From contig JAWBBK010000001.1 of the NCBI GenBank assembly GCA_038824665.1, positions 128,001 to 192,000 of the forward strand: a stretch of 64,000 nt of DNA, read 5' to 3'. Position numbers and translations under genes: made by a program. The notes beneath the pieces are model-generated. The model saw nothing but the letters and a program-made list of their open reading frames with translations, ran no database searches and was not told where the DNA came from. Positions 60,367-64,000 of the stretch are shown here, in pieces (position 1 is the first letter of the stretch; each line of letters begins with the position of its first letter). The DNA comes from Acidilobaceae archaeon. Lineage in GTDB: Archaea; Thermoproteota; Thermoprotei_A; Sulfolobales; Acidilobaceae.

Positions 60367-60368
60367 AT

Positions 60369-61010
60369 ATGAAGAGAGTTGAGTTTCAATATGGTCTTTT
60401 ACTATTTCTGACACTCATATTAGTTGCGGCTCTTCCGACTAGCGCTACTAGCGCTTTAGAGGGCTCAGGAGAACTCTGGGTTCTCGCTTCTGGCGACGTC
60501 AAAGCTACTTATACGATCAAAACAAGAACTCTTCCAACTGATGTCGAGACCTACATAATAGCAGGAGCGGTTTACGTAAACGTTTACTGTGATGGTGAGC
60601 CCATCCCGTTTGAGTACAACAGCGTGAGCGGAACTCTGAGGTTCACAATGACTTGCGGAACAGCCAGAATAGAAGCCGTTAGCTCTGAGCTCACCTCGAA
60701 AAGCGGAATGCTGTGGACTCTCAAGATGAACCCCCACGATTTCTCTATTAGTGTACTGCTACCGCCTGAAGCTATCGTGGTTTCGGTCAAGCCAACAGAT
60801 TTCAGAGCGACTTTCCGAGATGATAGGATAGTCTTAACGTTTCCCGCTAGATCTGAGGTCGAGGTTGAGTTCCTGTTAGTCACTCGACAACAAGCTCAAG
60901 AAGGGCTGTCTCTTCCGCTTGTCGTCGCTGTGTTTATAGCTATAGCTGTCTTAGCTCTCATAGCTGTAACTATATACAAAATCAAATTTCGCGAGGAGAG
61001 AAAGAGCTGA
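60369..61010 (+). CDS. Exported, membrane-anchored protein (N-terminal part of a COG2512-type regulator)
   Basis: Signal peptide, beta-rich domain (LTSK.G..W, V.LP..A.V), C-terminal TM. Confidence 0.7.
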   Translation: MKRVEFQYGLLLFLTLILVAALPTSATSALEGSGELWVLASGDVKATYTIKTRTLPTDVETYIIAGAVYVNVYCDGEPIPFEYNSVSGTLRFTMTCGTARIEAVSSELTSKSGMLWTLKMNPHDFSISVLLPPEAIVVSVKPTDFRATFRDDRIVLTFPARSEVEVEFLLVTRQQAQEGLSLPLVVAVFIAIAVLALIAVTIYKIKFREERKS

Positions 61011-61011
61011 T

Positions 61012-61227
61012 ATGAGCTTAGAGCTAGATGATAGAGACAAGGCGATAATCGAGACTCTCAGAGAACAAGGTGAGGCTACAGTGGCTGAACTCCAGCAGAA
61101 GACAGGAATACCTAAGACTCCTCTGTACAGAAGACTCAAGAAGCTTGAAGAGATGGGATTGATAGAACCACGTGAGACAGGAGGAGCTAGAAAATATAGG
61201 CTAAAGAGCGATAAGCGTGAAAGCTAG
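61012..61227 (+). CDS. Winged-HTH protein
   Basis: LDDRDKAII..L...G....ELQQKTGIPKT.LYRRLKKLEEMGLI. Confidence 0.75.
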   Translation: MSLELDDRDKAIIETLREQGEATVAELQQKTGIPKTPLYRRLKKLEEMGLIEPRETGGARKYRLKSDKRES

Positions 61228-61271
61228 GTTTAGAGAAGACACTTTTAAGCTCTGTCCGTTTCTATAGTGCT

Positions 61272-61328
61272 GAATGATGAATACACGGCAAAGCGATACC
61301 TAGATGAGCTCTCCTGGCCTTTCTGAGA
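61272..61328 (+). ncRNA. C/D box sRNA
   Basis: C box ATGATGA 61274, D' GCGA, C' TAGATGA, D box CTGA 61323; TTTTAAG about 30 nt upstream. Confidence 0.7.
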
Positions 61329-61330
61329 CC

Positions 61331-61645
61331 TCAATTGATCAAGATATCGAAGACTACTGTAGCCGTTACCAAAAAGCTTAGGAATTGCGCTATAGATATC
61401 TCGAGAATTCTAAACAAGTCCGTAGACTTCAGCAAATGAGCTTTGATTAGAGCGACAACGTAGACTGCTCCTATAACAGCATTGGCTAGGAGGCCTAGGG
61501 CTGTGACCGTTCTCAGCTGGTCTGGGTATAGGGAACCCTTAAAAGCCCATACCAGTAATGTGTAGAACAACCCTATGACGAAGCCTACAGCTATAGCGAT
61601 AGCCACATAAAGCTTAAAGAAGGACTTCGTGTTGTTGTAGCTCAA
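61331..61645 (-). CDS. Small membrane protein (3 TM)
   Basis: Three hydrophobic segments. Confidence 0.6.
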   Translation of the reverse strand: MSYNNTKSFFKLYVAIAIAVGFVIGLFYTLLVWAFKGSLYPDQLRTVTALGLLANAVIGAVYVVALIKAHLLKSTDLFRILEISIAQFLSFLVTATVVFDILIN

Positions 61646-61649
61646 AGTC

Positions 61650-62201
61650 TTATACCTTCATAGCTCCAGATCTCCAGAGGATCATCCATGACTCTTCTTT
61701 TAGCTCATAGATTCTCGAGTTCCAGTAGACGAGAGGAGTTTCTGTAGATTCTGAGTAGGCATCAACGACCTTCCCTATGACCAACACGTGGTCTCCTATC
61801 TCTATATCTTTGTAAAGTTCACACTCTAAAATCAGAGGCGACTCAGGTATTATGGGAGCTGTAACTCTTCTCCCTTTTTTAGGCGTTATCCGAGCGGCAT
61901 CGAACTTATCTATTCTAGAACCTGAGAGTCCTCCGAAGACGTTTAGAGCGGCTTGTAGAAGCCTCCGCGATACAGCGTTGACAGCAAAAGCGTTGAATTC
62001 TTTGACTAGTTTAAAGGTATGTCTGTTTGGAGCTGAGATAAAGCCTACGAGAAGAGGGTCTCTCGAGAGTTGGGTGAAGAGGACTACGAGCATGCCTCCT
62101 CGTCTACTCGGTTGTTCTGGGTCTCCAGCAGTTACTATGAGGAGCGGTTGCGGCACTCTGTCTACGTAGTCTAAAATATCCGGAGTCCTGATCTCTCCCA
62201 T
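61650..62201 (-). CDS. Flavin reductase-like FMN-binding protein
   Basis: PQPLLIVT, FGGLSG..IDKF, LECE, GDHVLVIGKV. Confidence 0.85.
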   Translation of the reverse strand: MGEIRTPDILDYVDRVPQPLLIVTAGDPEQPSRRGGMLVVLFTQLSRDPLLVGFISAPNRHTFKLVKEFNAFAVNAVSRRLLQAALNVFGGLSGSRIDKFDAARITPKKGRRVTAPIIPESPLILECELYKDIEIGDHVLVIGKVVDAYSESTETPLVYWNSRIYELKEESWMILWRSGAMKV

Positions 62202-62246
62202 TAAGAAGACCCCGTTGTTTTTTGTTGAAGTTCTTGTTTAAAAACT

Positions 62247-62885
62247 TTGCGGGACAGGGTTTTCCTTTTTGTTCACGTCTTTGTACAATTAAGCTCAGGT
62301 TCTCAACATATCGCTGGGGGGTTGACCGTAAGAGTCATCTGTTGGACTAGAGGAGATCCCGAGTTCATAGCTGTCGTCAGAAAGATGAAGAGTCTCCTTG
62401 AAATACAAGGTCTCTCGCTAGTCTTGACTTCAGATGTCTCCACTCTCTCTTGTCACGCTATAGTTTGTTGTGGCTGTAACTCCGAAAAAGAGGTCTGTCA
62501 TAGCGATCCTTGGGTCTCACTTTTCAAAGCGTTATCTCCTTCAGGTCGGTTTCGTTCTTTAAGAATTGGGGTTGATCCTGGTTCCTTCTGTTCTTTAGCC
62601 GCCTATGCGGACAACTTGCTGATATGGCTTGAGAAAGGAGAGTGTGAGGAGATAGCTAAGAGGATAAAGTGGCTGACCTCTATAGCTCCTTCAGACGTCA
62701 TAACTATCAACGTAGGTAGCGGTTCTGGATGGGAGCGCGTGGCTATAGAACTCACCAAACTGGAGTTGTCTTTTAGATTAGTAGAGGAGTCTAGAACTAG
62801 CTCTAGACCTATCTACAGCAAACTCAAAGACAAAATAAAAGATGAAGACCTCCTCGCAGCCATGACTATATCTCTGAGCCTCTAG
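62247..62885 (+). CDS. Hypothetical protein with RNase H-like (YqgF-type) motif
   Basis: IGVDPG, VGSG, VEESRTS, D..AA; start uncertain. Confidence 0.55.
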   Translation: MRDRVFLFVHVFVQLSSGSQHIAGGLTVRVICWTRGDPEFIAVVRKMKSLLEIQGLSLVLTSDVSTLSCHAIVCCGCNSEKEVCHSDPWVSLFKALSPSGRFRSLRIGVDPGSFCSLAAYADNLLIWLEKGECEEIAKRIKWLTSIAPSDVITINVGSGSGWERVAIELTKLELSFRLVEESRTSSRPIYSKLKDKIKDEDLLAAMTISLSL

Positions 62886-62891
62886 ACCCAA

Positions 62892-63707
62892 TCATTCTTT
62901 AGGCTCTACGTGGACTGTGACCTCTAACCTGAATCTACCAGCTAGCTCTTTCTCGACAGTTGAAGCAATTTCATGAGCTTCCTCTACGCTCATGTAGCTC
63001 GGCAACTCTATAGTGAGGTCTCCGATCAGTCTATCTCCTACGTCTCTAAACCTCAAAGACTTGACTGTGTAGCCTTTGTCCTCCAGATACTTTCTAACCT
63101 CCATAGTGAGAGCGGGCTCGACTCTTTCCGCTATTATGTTTACTAGAGTCAACATGTTTTTCGTTGTTTCGACAGTCCAAAAGACTACGAGTAAGACAGC
63201 TCCTAACAGGTCTATAAAGTAGTAGTAAAGAGATCCTCCAAGACTAGCTAGCACTGTCACTAGACTCTCCAGGATCTCGCCGTAAGTGTATTTTGCGTAC
63301 ACTTCTCCTTCTCTTCCTAGTCTCCTCCCAATCATAATGGCTAATCCATAGAAAAGAGCGCCAATTGTGGCTAACACGGGAGCCTGAGTCTCTACAACAT
63401 ATTTCTCTCTGAACGAGAAGAAGAGGTAGGCGACCAGAACTCCTAGAACAAGGCTATAGGTGCTCGTGGCTACGGCTATAGAGGCAAGCCTAAATCTCTT
63501 ATGTCCGTAAGTGTGATCAGCATCAGGTGCCTTTAGGCTGAGCCTGTAAAATAAAACCATAACTAAAGCGACGACTAGGTTGGCAAAGCATGTTGTAGCG
63601 TCAACTATGAGAGACTTGGAGCCGTAGAGCGCTCCACCAACTGCTTTCGCTAGGCCTCCGGCCAAGCTCAGAGCTAGCACTATGATGAACGAGATCGCTT
63701 CGCTCAA
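62892..63707 (-). CDS. Cation diffusion facilitator transporter
   Basis: PDADHTYGH.R, SVEEAHEIA, VTVHVEP; TM helices. Confidence 0.88.
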   Translation of the reverse strand: MSEAISFIIVLALSLAGGLAKAVGGALYGSKSLIVDATTCFANLVVALVMVLFYRLSLKAPDADHTYGHKRFRLASIAVATSTYSLVLGVLVAYLFFSFREKYVVETQAPVLATIGALFYGLAIMIGRRLGREGEVYAKYTYGEILESLVTVLASLGGSLYYYFIDLLGAVLLVVFWTVETTKNMLTLVNIIAERVEPALTMEVRKYLEDKGYTVKSLRFRDVGDRLIGDLTIELPSYMSVEEAHEIASTVEKELAGRFRLEVTVHVEPKE

Positions 63708-63792
63708 CTTTCTAGCTCCTCGGTCGTTTAGGCAGATTATACCTCAGCTCTTATCTTATGCGCTTTCAAGAGTTCCTTGAAAAGGTTTTGTT

Positions 63793-64000
63793 CTAGACTG
63801 GGAGGTCTCTTCTCTCATATAGAGTGATAGCTGTAACTAGGAAGACCAGTGTGACTATGATCAGAACGGTTATGTTGTTCATATTGAAAACGCCTCTTAT
63901 GGCTATGTCAAGAACTTCGTAGTAGCGTGAGAGAGAAAGATAGCCTATAGACTCTATGCTCGTATTTAACGTCATGACATCGAGCACGTAACCAACCACC
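63793..64000 (-). CDS. C-terminus of ABC-2 type permease (partial)
   Basis: YLSL..YY...TM..YERRDLPV ending; runs off the window edge. Confidence 0.6.
   Translation of the reverse strand, partial: VVGYVLDVMTLNTSIESIGYLSLSRYYEVLDIAIRGVFNMNNITVLIIVTLVFLVTAITLYERRDLPV

Overview
Core-genome window from a hyperthermophilic crenarchaeon (Thermoprotei, probably Desulfurococcales/Acidilobales-like, judged from the crenarchaeal SSB, unsplit RpoB, Ced system and thermosome). It carries the RNA polymerase cluster (rpoH-rpoB-rpoA1-rpoA2-rpl30e-nusA-rps12), rps7, tuf-rps10-tRNA-Ser, pgk-gap, a compositionally distinct trpB2-A-D-F-E-G-C operon, a MoxR/VWA pair, cedA1-cedA-cedB, several RNA-modification genes, four intact tRNA genes and two candidate C/D box sRNAs. 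The main result is a split (trans-spliced) tRNA-Gln(UUG). Its 5' half (minus strand, 14669-14706) and 3' half (plus strand, 19556-19593) lie about 4.8 kb apart in divergent orientation, and their complementary GC-rich flanks rebuild a bulge-helix-bulge at position 37/38. Other observations: a Trp-codon micro-uORF overlapping the trpB start, nucleotide-identical short repeats inside three unrelated genes, a probable CTG start codon, and a membrane-anchored nuclease in line with the ced genes. All calls come from reading the sequence by eye; no searches were run.
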